This document shows, one piece after another, positions 38,772-46,456 of a stretch of 64,000 nt of DNA (position 1 is its first letter; each line of letters begins with the position of its first letter). Made by a program: the position numbers and the translations under genes. Under the pieces are notes generated by a model that was not told where the DNA came from, did not search any database, and saw nothing but the letters and a program-made list of their open reading frames with translations. The stretch covers positions 129,073-193,072 of the forward strand of contig JAQBRA010000002.1 in NCBI GenBank assembly GCA_028286685.1, in the 5' to 3' direction. Source of the stretch: Candidatus Adlerbacteria bacterium (lineage in GTDB: Bacteria; Patescibacteriota; Minisyncoccia; Phycocordibacterales; SBAW01).

Positions 38772-39983
38772 TTAATTAATTGAGATAGTACGAGTTTCGA
38801 GGGGAACAGCTGCGGGCTGGTTATCTTGGGGTTCGGGCGTGTCTTGCTTGAATATAGAAATCTGTACCTGTGTGTCGCTTACCCATTTAGCATACGGAAT
38901 GAATGCCGGGAATTCGTTGTACGTACCCAGCGTCTCTCCCGGCGATGCATACAGCACTATTTTTTGAAAAAGTGTCACCGTGTCTAGCACAATAGCCTTG
39001 TGCTCAAGCACCACCAGAAGTTTTCCTCCATCGGGCGATAGTTGAATTTTTTGACTGAAATCCCCATAGTCGATCCCTATGCCCAAATTTCTCTTATCAT
39101 TTCCGGAGATATCCGAAACGAAAAGGCTGCAGCCCGATTCGGTGTAGAGGCGTACCCGACACAAGAAAACACGTGAAGCTGTCTTATATTGCTCTTGGAA
39201 ATCATACGCGCTCTCTGCTGTCTCCTGAAAGAAATAAAGAGCCGAGAGAGGGACGGGGCCGCTGGAAAAGACTCTGTACGACTCTTCCGCGATCAGACTG
39301 CATTGTCCGAATATATTCTTTTGTCTTCCCGGACAATCGCTGGTGTCGACCTGACCATTCTGCACTATTACCATCTCCAGGTTTCCGTTTACGACACGAC
39401 CGTAGTGTGCGGTGGTCTGCGACAATTTTTCGAACGTAGTAAATTCGAGACTCCCCTTCAATTCAGGGACATATATGGAGGCTCTATTAACAAACCCTGC
39501 AGCTTTCAACCGCTCATCGTAATAGCGCAGAAAATCCCTAAACGCCGAACTCTCTTCTCCGATAGCAACCGGAGGACTATGCGTAACTGTGGCTATATAT
39601 TCCTTTGTTGTAGTTGTAACAGAAAAAACCCCTCTTTGATAATCATTTGCCCCGCATTCTTTTCCTTCCGGGCATAGATATATATCCTGCTGCTCGGGAA
39701 ATATTTCTTTCCACTCCAGGTTTGCATACAACGGCGGTAGTTGGTTTTCGTTTATCGTTTGGGGTGCCGGGGGGACATGGTGTTTCTCTTGCCACACCAC
39801 CCCTGCCACTATTCCAGCCGCCAACACCAAACCAAGGACAAGGAACGGAATCCATTTTCGCAATACGGAAGGCTGCAGGATGCTTACGGGAGGCTGTTGC
39901 TCTGATGGCGGCATAGGTGGCCCAACTGTAGCAGTTATAGGATAATCCGAAACCCAGTTATCAACTTTGGGTATCGACGACAT
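38772..39983 (-). CDS. hypothetical membrane-anchored protein (island-encoded)
   Basis: ORF track, 403 aa. It has a Pro-rich N-terminus followed by a TM helix. GC is lower than the surroundings. Confidence 0.55.
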   Translation of the reverse strand: MSSIPKVDNWVSDYPITATVGPPMPPSEQQPPVSILQPSVLRKWIPFLVLGLVLAAGIVAGVVWQEKHHVPPAPQTINENQLPPLYANLEWKEIFPEQQDIYLCPEGKECGANDYQRGVFSVTTTTKEYIATVTHSPPVAIGEESSAFRDFLRYYDERLKAAGFVNRASIYVPELKGSLEFTTFEKLSQTTAHYGRVVNGNLEMVIVQNGQVDTSDCPGRQKNIFGQCSLIAEESYRVFSSGPVPLSALYFFQETAESAYDFQEQYKTASRVFLCRVRLYTESGCSLFVSDISGNDKRNLGIGIDYGDFSQKIQLSPDGGKLLVVLEHKAIVLDTVTLFQKIVLYASPGETLGTYNEFPAFIPYAKWVSDTQVQISIFKQDTPEPQDNQPAAVPLETRTISIN

Positions 39984-40001
39984 GCAAAAAGCTCAGTTGC
40001 T

Positions 40002-40562
40002 TCACTTTAAAAGAGTGAGAGTCTTTTCAAAAACAGTTTTTCCTTCTTGGGGGAGATAGGAGTCTTTATAAACACCGCAAACATAGGACTCAGTGCCTGC
40101 AGCGTCCTTGCAATAATCCCAACCCGCGTGTGGCCGAGGAACTCCGGAAGCATAAACATAATTTGTATCCCGAGTAATCTCATCAGGAAAGAAACAAGGA
40201 CCATCTATGCTCGGGTCATTGCAGTCGTTCTTATGCGCATCAAAGTACGCAGCCGGCATTATTTCCAACCGATCAATATTAATTACTCGGGAAGTCTCTT
40301 CGGGGCCACCTAGATACCGGGCGGTTGTCGTCCCTTGCAGGCGCAACCCAAACCATATGACATATTTATTTTCCTCTTGCTTTTCAAGCACGGCGTAGCG
40401 AGTCCAGCTCGAAGGCATCTCGACAGTGAAATTGAATTTACTGTTGTGATACGTACGCTCCGTATGGACAGAGTAAGCGCCTGCCATCTGCGGCACTTTA
40501 TAAAAGAAAAGGGCTCCCCCAATCGCCAGAAGCACAAGTACCCCGATGAGGTATTTATACAT
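40002..40562 (-). CDS. hypothetical membrane-anchored protein (island-encoded)
   Basis: ORF track, 186 aa, with an N-terminal TM helix. Confidence 0.55.
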   Translation of the reverse strand: MYKYLIGVLVLLAIGGALFFYKVPQMAGAYSVHTERTYHNSKFNFTVEMPSSWTRYAVLEKQEENKYVIWFGLRLQGTTTARYLGGPEETSRVINIDRLEIMPAAYFDAHKNDCNDPSIDGPCFFPDEITRDTNYVYASGVPRPHAGWDYCKDAAGTESYVCGVYKDSYLPQEGKTVFEKTLTLLK

Positions 40563-40634
40563 GCCCCAAGAGTAGCACGGGTTAAAATCCTATCGCCATG
40601 GACTCTGAGAACGCTTATTTTTAGCTCAAAAAAT

Positions 40635-40666
40635 GCGGAGAGGGAGGGATTCGGTCACACATAAAA
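40635..40666 (-). repeat. direct repeat A of the tRNA-Ser 3' end (att-like)
   Basis: gcggagagggagggattcg (40635-40653) is identical to the last 19 nt of tRNA-Ser (42465-42483). The adjoining gtcacacataaaa is shared with repeat B. Confidence 0.75.
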
Positions 40667-40772
40667 TACTGCTGTATTTTTGCACGGGTCGGGCTTGGCA
40701 TATTGCAAAACCTGTGTTTTTTCAGTACTCTCACTGCGAACAAGAGTTCTTATGGAAGCAGGGAGTTCCGAC

Positions 40773-41327
40773 ATGAAACAGCAGGATACCGGGGACCGCC
40801 GAAGGCTCGTAGCCGAAGCCGCCCAAAAGCAGCTAACCGACGGCACCTGGCCACAGGTAATGAAAGTGTTCGGATACCAGAATCCGAAAGCGCCGCGAGT
40901 GCCTGACGAGGAATTCGCCCGGCTCAAGGCGCTCTATGAGCAGGCGGCCTGCCCAAACCTGGCGGCATTCGTCGACCTGGTGCGCTTCAAGGAAAAAGAG
41001 CGCGACGTAACGATGTCGTTCAACCTCAGCCTGCGCTTGCGCCTCGCCTCCGGCGCAGATAATGCCGCACTGATCCTCTCCTCCCCCGACATCATGGTCG
41101 GAACGCGCTACGGAATCGAAGGAGCTGCGGTCTGGCTCAAGAACTTTTTCGAAGCGGTACCGGATTCTGCCCCGGAATCAGTCCAATTGATGGACAAGAT
41201 CTTCGGCGAGGCGGTCGAGTTCCTCCAAGGCACGCCGCGCCAAGCGACGCTCGAGGACATGGTCAAGTTTGCGATTACCGGCGAGGGAGATATTTTCGAG
41301 CCCGCTGACAAGCCACTGAAGCACTAA
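40773..41327 (+). CDS. hypothetical protein
   Basis: ORF track 40680-41327 (TTG start). ATG at 40773 is preceded by a GGAG Shine-Dalgarno and is followed by the terminator at 41333. Confidence 0.5.
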   Translation: MKQQDTGDRRRLVAEAAQKQLTDGTWPQVMKVFGYQNPKAPRVPDEEFARLKALYEQAACPNLAAFVDLVRFKEKERDVTMSFNLSLRLRLASGADNAALILSSPDIMVGTRYGIEGAAVWLKNFFEAVPDSAPESVQLMDKIFGEAVEFLQGTPRQATLEDMVKFAITGEGDIFEPADKPLKH

Positions 41328-41332
41328 CACTA

Positions 41333-41371
41333 TGCCGCCGACTCGATAGAGTCGGCGGCATTTTCTTTTTT
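41333..41371 (+). terminator. rho-independent terminator tgccgccgactcGATAgagtcggcggca + T-run
   Basis: A perfect 12-bp stem followed by tttctttttt. Confidence 0.8.
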
Positions 41372-41380
41372 TATACACCC

Positions 41381-41406
41381 AGGGAAGGATTCGGTCACAC
41401 ATAAAA
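41381..41406 (-). repeat. direct repeat B (att-like; tRNA-Ser T-arm fragment plus shared flank)
   Basis: agggaaggattcggtcacacataaaa matches repeat A at 25 of 26 positions. Confidence 0.7.
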
Positions 41407-41414
41407 AATCAAAG

Positions 41415-41449
41415 AAACGGCACGGCCCTGGGGTGGGTCGTGCCGTTTT
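41415..41449 (-). terminator. terminator hairpin aaacggcacg...cgtgccgttt
   Basis: A 10-bp stem with a T-rich 3' side on the minus strand, downstream of the 41476 stop. Confidence 0.6.
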
Positions 41450-41475
41450 GGTTTCTGCCGGGCTTACCTTTAGCC

Positions 41476-41685
41476 CTACTCGTCGTCAGCCGGCTGAGGT
41501 TCGGGTTTGAGGTTCTGCATGACCCATTTGCGGTCTTCCTCTGACAGCTCGCGGGTAATTTGACCCCACATGACATTGGGGTACATGTCCCGCACGATAG
41601 TGCGCAATTGCGTGCCGTCTTTGGCCGCAATGGCGTCCTTGTACATATCCGCCTCAACAGGCGTCGAGTCTCTCGGGCCACTCAT
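41476..41685 (-). CDS. small acidic hypothetical protein (69 aa)
   Basis: Part of ORF track 41476-41793. The internal ATG at 41685 is preceded by a perfect AAGGAGG Shine-Dalgarno sequence 5 nt upstream. Confidence 0.5.
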   Translation of the reverse strand: MSGPRDSTPVEADMYKDAIAAKDGTQLRTIVRDMYPNVMWGQITRELSEEDRKWVMQNLKPEPQPADDE

Positions 41686-41695
41686 AGGTTCCTCC

Positions 41696-42313
41696 TTATG
41701 CGATTTGAATTGAGCGGAAGCGTTGTGCCCCCGTCCACTCATCACCATCGGCCTTCGGGTAGTCGTACCAGCCGCGCGCCGACCAGTTGTCAACTTTGTG
41801 GCAGAACGCAGCCAGTTCGTTCATCACCCGATGCGTTGATGAGTAGTCCTTGTACTCACCCTCGACATAGGTGAAGCCGTTGAGCTGCATTGGCGTCAAC
41901 ACCAAGCCGTATTCCGCGAGCTTGTCCTCACGGAACTTTTTGAACTCTTCCTTAGTCGAAAGACCGTCGCGGTTGGAAACCTGGCCATCCTCGACCAGTA
42001 TCCGCCACGGTTTCTCCAGGTCGTGGAGGAAGAAGACGAGTAGTGCGTCCGAGAGCGAGAACGGTAACGGCCGGCCAAACGCCCTGTCGAAGGCATAGAG
42101 GTGCCGGGCATAGTTCATGCCATCGACCACGTGGTCGATATAGCCGCCATCCCACGTGTGGTGATTATGAGTCGAGCCTCGTGCCCGCTCGAACAGGGCA
42201 CGATGGTCGGCTAAGATACGCTTGCAGATGCTCCCATTTGACTCGTCGATGAGGTCCAGCAGAGCCTCTATCGGGAGATAGTTGAGGGGAATATACGCCT
42301 CTTTCATAGTCAT
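41696..42313 (-). CDS. HD-domain-like hypothetical protein
   Basis: ORF track, 205 aa. H..HH....D and FLHDLEKP motifs suggest an HD phosphohydrolase fold. The start has a GAAAGGG Shine-Dalgarno sequence. Confidence 0.5.
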   Translation of the reverse strand: MTMKEAYIPLNYLPIEALLDLIDESNGSICKRILADHRALFERARGSTHNHHTWDGGYIDHVVDGMNYARHLYAFDRAFGRPLPFSLSDALLVFFLHDLEKPWRILVEDGQVSNRDGLSTKEEFKKFREDKLAEYGLVLTPMQLNGFTYVEGEYKDYSSTHRVMNELAAFCHKVDNWSARGWYDYPKADGDEWTGAQRFRSIQIA

Positions 42314-42464
42314 CCCTTTCTAAAGAACTGCCCGCACTATGCCAAAAATAAGGATAAAAAGAAAGCCGCGGTCCGGCTTTCGAATCCCTCACGCAAAGTG
42401 CCCCACACTTTGCTCCTCTCCGCTAACAAAAATGGCGCCTCATTGGCGCTCATTCTTGTACTAG

Positions 42465-42555
42465 CGGAGAGGGAGGGATTCGAACCCTCGATACGGATAT
42501 TACCCCGTATGGGGGATTAGCAATCCCCTGCTTTCAGCCGCTCAGCCACCTCTCC
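42465..42555 (-). tRNA. tRNA-Ser (anticodon GCU)
   Basis: Reverse complement GGAGAGGTGGCTGAGCGGCTGAAAGCAGGGGATTGCTAATCCCCCATACGGGGTAATATCCGTATCGAGGGTTCGAATCCCTCCCTCTCCG has the long variable arm typical of Ser and anticodon loop TT-GCT-AA. Confidence 0.9.
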
Positions 42556-42624
42556 TTGCTTGCTCAATTTACACTAAAAAAGGCCTTAGCGCATCCTGCG
42601 TAAGGCCTTTTTTTGTTTCCCCTA

Positions 42625-42972
42625 TTACATCCCCATATGCGGGATCTCCATCACGTCTATCGTCGCATTCGGGATAGTCGCATGCGGGCAGTCTGCAAAT
42701 ATCTCGCAGGCAGCCTCGTGGGTCTCGGCCTCCACTATCTGGCAGAAGTTAAGGTCGTTGCGCGTATCCTTAACGCCGTCCACGCTTACGGTCTTGGTCT
42801 TGCCCAGGGGCCAGCCCTTCTCAACAAAGCTCGAAGCGTGCTTGGCCATCCACGTGCTCATGTCCTCCCCCAGCTTCTTGCCCTGAGCCATCATCTCCTC
42901 CTGGCTCGTGGTCTTCTTCCACTCCTCCATGGTCGCGACCGGCACGCGGAATATTGCAAAGTATTTTTTCAT
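42625..42972 (-). CDS. hypothetical small protein (115 aa)
   Basis: ORF track. Sequence MKKYFAIFRVPVATMEEWKK... Copy 2 of the repeated element abuts its start codon. Confidence 0.6.
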   Translation of the reverse strand: MKKYFAIFRVPVATMEEWKKTTSQEEMMAQGKKLGEDMSTWMAKHASSFVEKGWPLGKTKTVSVDGVKDTRNDLNFCQIVEAETHEAACEIFADCPHATIPNATIDVMEIPHMGM

Positions 42973-42976
42973 GTCC

Positions 42977-43053
42977 TAACGAGTGAGCGATTAAAAGCTC
43001 GCTTTTAATTCCGAGCGAGTGACGGGCATATGAGACGTCCTCGTGCTCATATG
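42977..43053 (-). repeat. copy 2 of the conserved ~77-nt two-hairpin element
   Basis: taacgagtgagcgattaaaagctcgcttttaattccgagcgagtgacgggcatatgagacgtcctcgtgctcatatg, lying between stop 43087 and start 42972. Confidence 0.8.
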
Positions 43054-43086
43054 AGGCCAGTATACCAAACAGGCTAGTCTACTGGT

Positions 43087-44238
43087 TTAGCGCGGCAGGT
43101 CAGCTTCGATCACCGTGTCTACTATCAGACTCTGCTCCAAGACGGGAGTGATGATGTTGCGGTCGATTTTCGATTGCGCCTTAAGCAGCACGTCGAGCTT
43201 TATAGACTTCCTGAGCGCCTCGGCAAAGAGGTCGGACGCTTCCGCGTAGCGGCCTTCCGCAAGCGTGGTGCTCCCCTGCTCCATGAGGCGGTTGATGCCT
43301 ACAAATTCTCCGGAGACTGCCGTTATGGCGGTGGGGTCGATCTTTTCCTTGCCGGCATCAAAGCGTACGCGGGCTGCGGCCAAAGCGTCGGCAGCGCGCA
43401 TCTCTAGCTTGGCTGCACGCTGTTCTTCCTCCGGGCTTCCCGGCACCTCCTCTATCATGTCGTTCTCCAAAGAGACAGTAGCATCAGTGTCGGTCGCCGT
43501 ATCGGTAGCAACCGTCACCGACATAGCCATCATCGTAGTTACTTCAGCAGGCTCGGCGACTTTTGCCGAGCGCATCAGGGCTGCCGGCGCATTGGCAGGA
43601 AGAGCAGATGCAATGGTGCGCGATGCTATTTTTGCAGCAACTGCGCCTGCCCCGTCTTGGTTGGCCTGCGTGCCGCCGCCAAGCGTCGCCAAGATAGCGC
43701 TATGGGCCGACAAGCTCGACTCGAGATTAGTGCGCAGCTCCGTAGCAGCAGCAGGATCCTCGGCCTCCACTTCAGCGGCAAGCGTCTTCGCATTCTCCGC
43801 ATGCACTTCAAAATTGGCCGCAAGCGCGTGCCCGGTCTCGGCCGTAAGTTCGCCTTGCGCAGCCAGGGTCTCGGCCTCTTCAACGCGGCGCTCGGCAAGC
43901 TTTGCCGACACCTCTGCCTTGGCAACCGGCGTCGTTGCAAGCGCGATCTCAACCGTCTCATTAATAGAAACTTTTATAGGGTATAGGAAATCGCCGGGCA
44001 AAGAGCCCTGTGCCGCGCCCGCAGTGCTGGCGCCCACGAACACGACCAAGAGCACCATGGCAGGGGCAAGCACGCGCGCCTGCACGAACTGGAACGAAAA
44101 TATAAAATACGGGCTTTGCTTGGGAGCAGCCTGGGGGGAGGGCGCGCCGAAAATCCGCGCTTTCATGGCGCTTTTTTCCGCAGGCGTCATCGCCAGTTTT
44201 GCGGCCTCGTTCTTCAAATTGTGCAGCGGGTTTTCCAT
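43087..44238 (-). CDS. putative anti-sigma factor / membrane-anchored Ala-rich protein cotranscribed with ECF sigma
   Basis: ORF track, 383 aa, with one TM helix after ~55 aa. Its start overlaps the sigma-factor stop. Confidence 0.55.
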   Translation of the reverse strand: MENPLHNLKNEAAKLAMTPAEKSAMKARIFGAPSPQAAPKQSPYFIFSFQFVQARVLAPAMVLLVVFVGASTAGAAQGSLPGDFLYPIKVSINETVEIALATTPVAKAEVSAKLAERRVEEAETLAAQGELTAETGHALAANFEVHAENAKTLAAEVEAEDPAAATELRTNLESSLSAHSAILATLGGGTQANQDGAGAVAAKIASRTIASALPANAPAALMRSAKVAEPAEVTTMMAMSVTVATDTATDTDATVSLENDMIEEVPGSPEEEQRAAKLEMRAADALAAARVRFDAGKEKIDPTAITAVSGEFVGINRLMEQGSTTLAEGRYAEASDLFAEALRKSIKLDVLLKAQSKIDRNIITPVLEQSLIVDTVIEADLPR

Positions 44239-44242
44239 AGTG

Positions 44243-44770
44243 TTATTGTTGCGGCTCCAGCATCGCCTTAAGCTTTTTAAGCCCGCGGTGCACGCGCACC
44301 GACACGACGTTCTCGCTCTCGCCTATCGCCTTGGCAATCTCCTGCGGCGACAGGCCGTCGACATAGCGCATGATGACCGCTTCGCGATACGGCTCGGCCA
44401 AATCCTTAAGCGCCGCCAAGGCCAAGGTGCCGTCGTAGCGGCCCACTGCCGCCTCAAGCGTATTGCTTTCGTCAGCCGGCATATAGTCTTCCACCTCAGA
44501 CTCGTTGCGCTCCGCCATCGCCTCCAAGGACACCGTCTTGTGCTTGCGGTACTCGTCGATAATGAGGTTGCGCAGCGTCCGGTAGAGGAAGGGCCGCAAC
44601 TCGCGGATATCCTCCCCCCCTTTCTGGGCATAGACCCACACCTTCATAAAGCACTCCTGAGTCAGCTCCATGGCCCGCTCCCGGTCGGAAAGGCGCATAG
44701 CGGCATGCCTAAAGAGCTCATCGCTGTAGGCCTCAAAGGCCTCCTCAAAGGTATGTTGCAGGTCTTCCAT
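44243..44770 (-). CDS. RNA polymerase ECF-type sigma-70 family factor
   Basis: ORF track, 175 aa. Region 2 (FRHAAMRL...QECFMKVW) and region 4 HTH (LSPQEIAKAIGESENVVSVRVHRGLKKL) are both present. Confidence 0.85.
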   Translation of the reverse strand: MEDLQHTFEEAFEAYSDELFRHAAMRLSDRERAMELTQECFMKVWVYAQKGGEDIRELRPFLYRTLRNLIIDEYRKHKTVSLEAMAERNESEVEDYMPADESNTLEAAVGRYDGTLALAALKDLAEPYREAVIMRYVDGLSPQEIAKAIGESENVVSVRVHRGLKKLKAMLEPQQ

Positions 44771-44815
44771 ATATAGAGACGGGCCAAGTGCCCAAGCCTT
44801 TCCTTCCCCCTTATA

Positions 44816-45970
44816 TTACCGTATAGCCCGCGCTACCGCTTGCGCTATGCCCTTTTCAAAGGGACCGGGTATGACTTTTTGAGCTGTCGGGCGCTTAACA
44901 AGCGCCGCCAGGTTCTGTGCCGCCTTCATCTTCATCTGGTCGGTAATCTTCTGCACCCTATTGTCCAAAGCGCCACGGAAGATGCCGGGGAATGCCAGCG
45001 AGTTGTTGACCTGATTGGGATAGTCGCTGCGGCCTGTGGCCACTACGGCCGCTCCCGCGGCAAGGGCAAGCTCCGGCAGAATCTCGGGCGTCGGGTTAGC
45101 CATCGCAAATATGATGGGCTTTGGCGCCATAGTCTTTATCATGACCGGCGTCAAAACGCCCGGCTTTGATACGCCAATAAATATGTTGGCATCAACCAGC
45201 GCCTTTTCCAGGCTCCCCTCGCCACCAGCAAATACAATGCCGTCTTTTATAAGCTTTTTCTTGGTGTCGTTTAAATCCTGGCGCGCGTTCCCGACAATGC
45301 CGACGCTGTCTACCGCAATAATATTTACTTTGGGCGCGGCAAGTTTCAAAAGGCGCATAATAGCGACACCCGCCGCCCCTACCCCGCTTACCACTATCCA
45401 GCAGTTAGGGTCGTTAAGCTTTTTGCCCACGACCTTGGCCGAGTTGATAAGCCCGGCCAACACCACAATGGCGGTGCCATGCTGGTCGTCGTGCATCACC
45501 GGGATGCTGAGCCGCTTCTTTAACTCCTCTTCAATGTAGAAGCACTTGGGCGCGGCAATGTCCTCGAGATTGATCCCGCCAAACGCCGGCGCCACCGCCA
45601 TAACCGCCGCGATTATCTCGTCGGGGTCCTGCGTGTCCAAAACCAAAGGGAATGCGTCTACGTCGGCAAAGGTCTTAAACAGCGCGCACTTGCCCTCCAT
45701 AACCGGCAACGCACCCAAAGGCCCGATATTGCCGAGCCCCAGCACAGCTGAGCCGTCGGAAATAACGGCGATCATACGGCCCTTAATAGTGTAGTCGCGG
45801 GCAAGCTTCGGATTTTTAGCAACCAGGGACGACACGGCCGCCACGCCCGGTGTGTAGACTAGGGAAAGGTCGTCGCGGTTTGCCACCTTGGCGGCCGGCA
45901 TGATGCGGATTTTGCCGCCCAGCTTCTTGTGCAGGGCAATAGCTGCTTTTGAGACGTCTTTTTTAGCCAT
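44816..45970 (-). CDS. NAD(P)-dependent malic enzyme (small form)
   Basis: ORF track, 384 aa. Sequence DLSLVYTPGVA...VVSGVGAAGVA shows the malic-enzyme NAD-binding region. Confidence 0.85.
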   Translation of the reverse strand: MAKKDVSKAAIALHKKLGGKIRIMPAAKVANRDDLSLVYTPGVAAVSSLVAKNPKLARDYTIKGRMIAVISDGSAVLGLGNIGPLGALPVMEGKCALFKTFADVDAFPLVLDTQDPDEIIAAVMAVAPAFGGINLEDIAAPKCFYIEEELKKRLSIPVMHDDQHGTAIVVLAGLINSAKVVGKKLNDPNCWIVVSGVGAAGVAIMRLLKLAAPKVNIIAVDSVGIVGNARQDLNDTKKKLIKDGIVFAGGEGSLEKALVDANIFIGVSKPGVLTPVMIKTMAPKPIIFAMANPTPEILPELALAAGAAVVATGRSDYPNQVNNSLAFPGIFRGALDNRVQKITDQMKMKAAQNLAALVKRPTAQKVIPGPFEKGIAQAVARAIR

Positions 45971-45995
45971 TGGCAGAGTATATCAAAGAAAAGAA

Positions 45996-46021
45996 AAAGC
46001 CGTCTTTTCAGACGGCTTTTT
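45996..46021. terminator. terminator aaaagccgtcTTTTcagacggctttt
   Basis: A perfect 9-bp stem with A/T flanks. It overlaps the stop of the gene at 46008. Confidence 0.7.
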
Positions 46022-46415
46022 GCCAGGGCGCCCGGCCGGTAAATATCCAGCGCTTCATTCCGAAGTTCCAGAAGAAGATTGGTATCACCAGCACTATGCT
46101 CGAGCTTAGCTTATTCTCGACTACCAGCTCGTGAAAGATAAATACCCGGGCTGCTAAGTTGGGCGACTTAAGGAACACAAAGAGCGGTAGTTGCCGCCAC
46201 AGCGGCGTGTACTGCGCCCCGAATGTAATAAACCGATGTCCCAAGAAGCTAATACTGTACCCGACTGCAGCCCCAGCCAGCGAAGCTTCCACGCCCCGAC
46301 TTCGTCCCCATATATACAGGCAAGCAAATACAACTGCAGTATCTGTAATGCCTCCGATCATCCCGACGGGCCAGTACCGCAGGCCGCGAAACACATCAGT
46401 CCTAAATGGTCCCAT
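46008..46415 (-). CDS. GtrA family membrane protein
   Basis: ORF track, 135 aa with 4 TM helices and GtrA-like topology. Confidence 0.7.
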   Translation of the reverse strand: MGPFRTDVFRGLRYWPVGMIGGITDTAVVFACLYIWGRSRGVEASLAGAAVGYSISFLGHRFITFGAQYTPLWRQLPLFVFLKSPNLAARVFIFHELVVENKLSSSIVLVIPIFFWNFGMKRWIFTGRAPWQKAV

Positions 46416-46456
46416 GCCTTACTCCTTCTATCCGCCGTTATTGATATACTCCCTGC

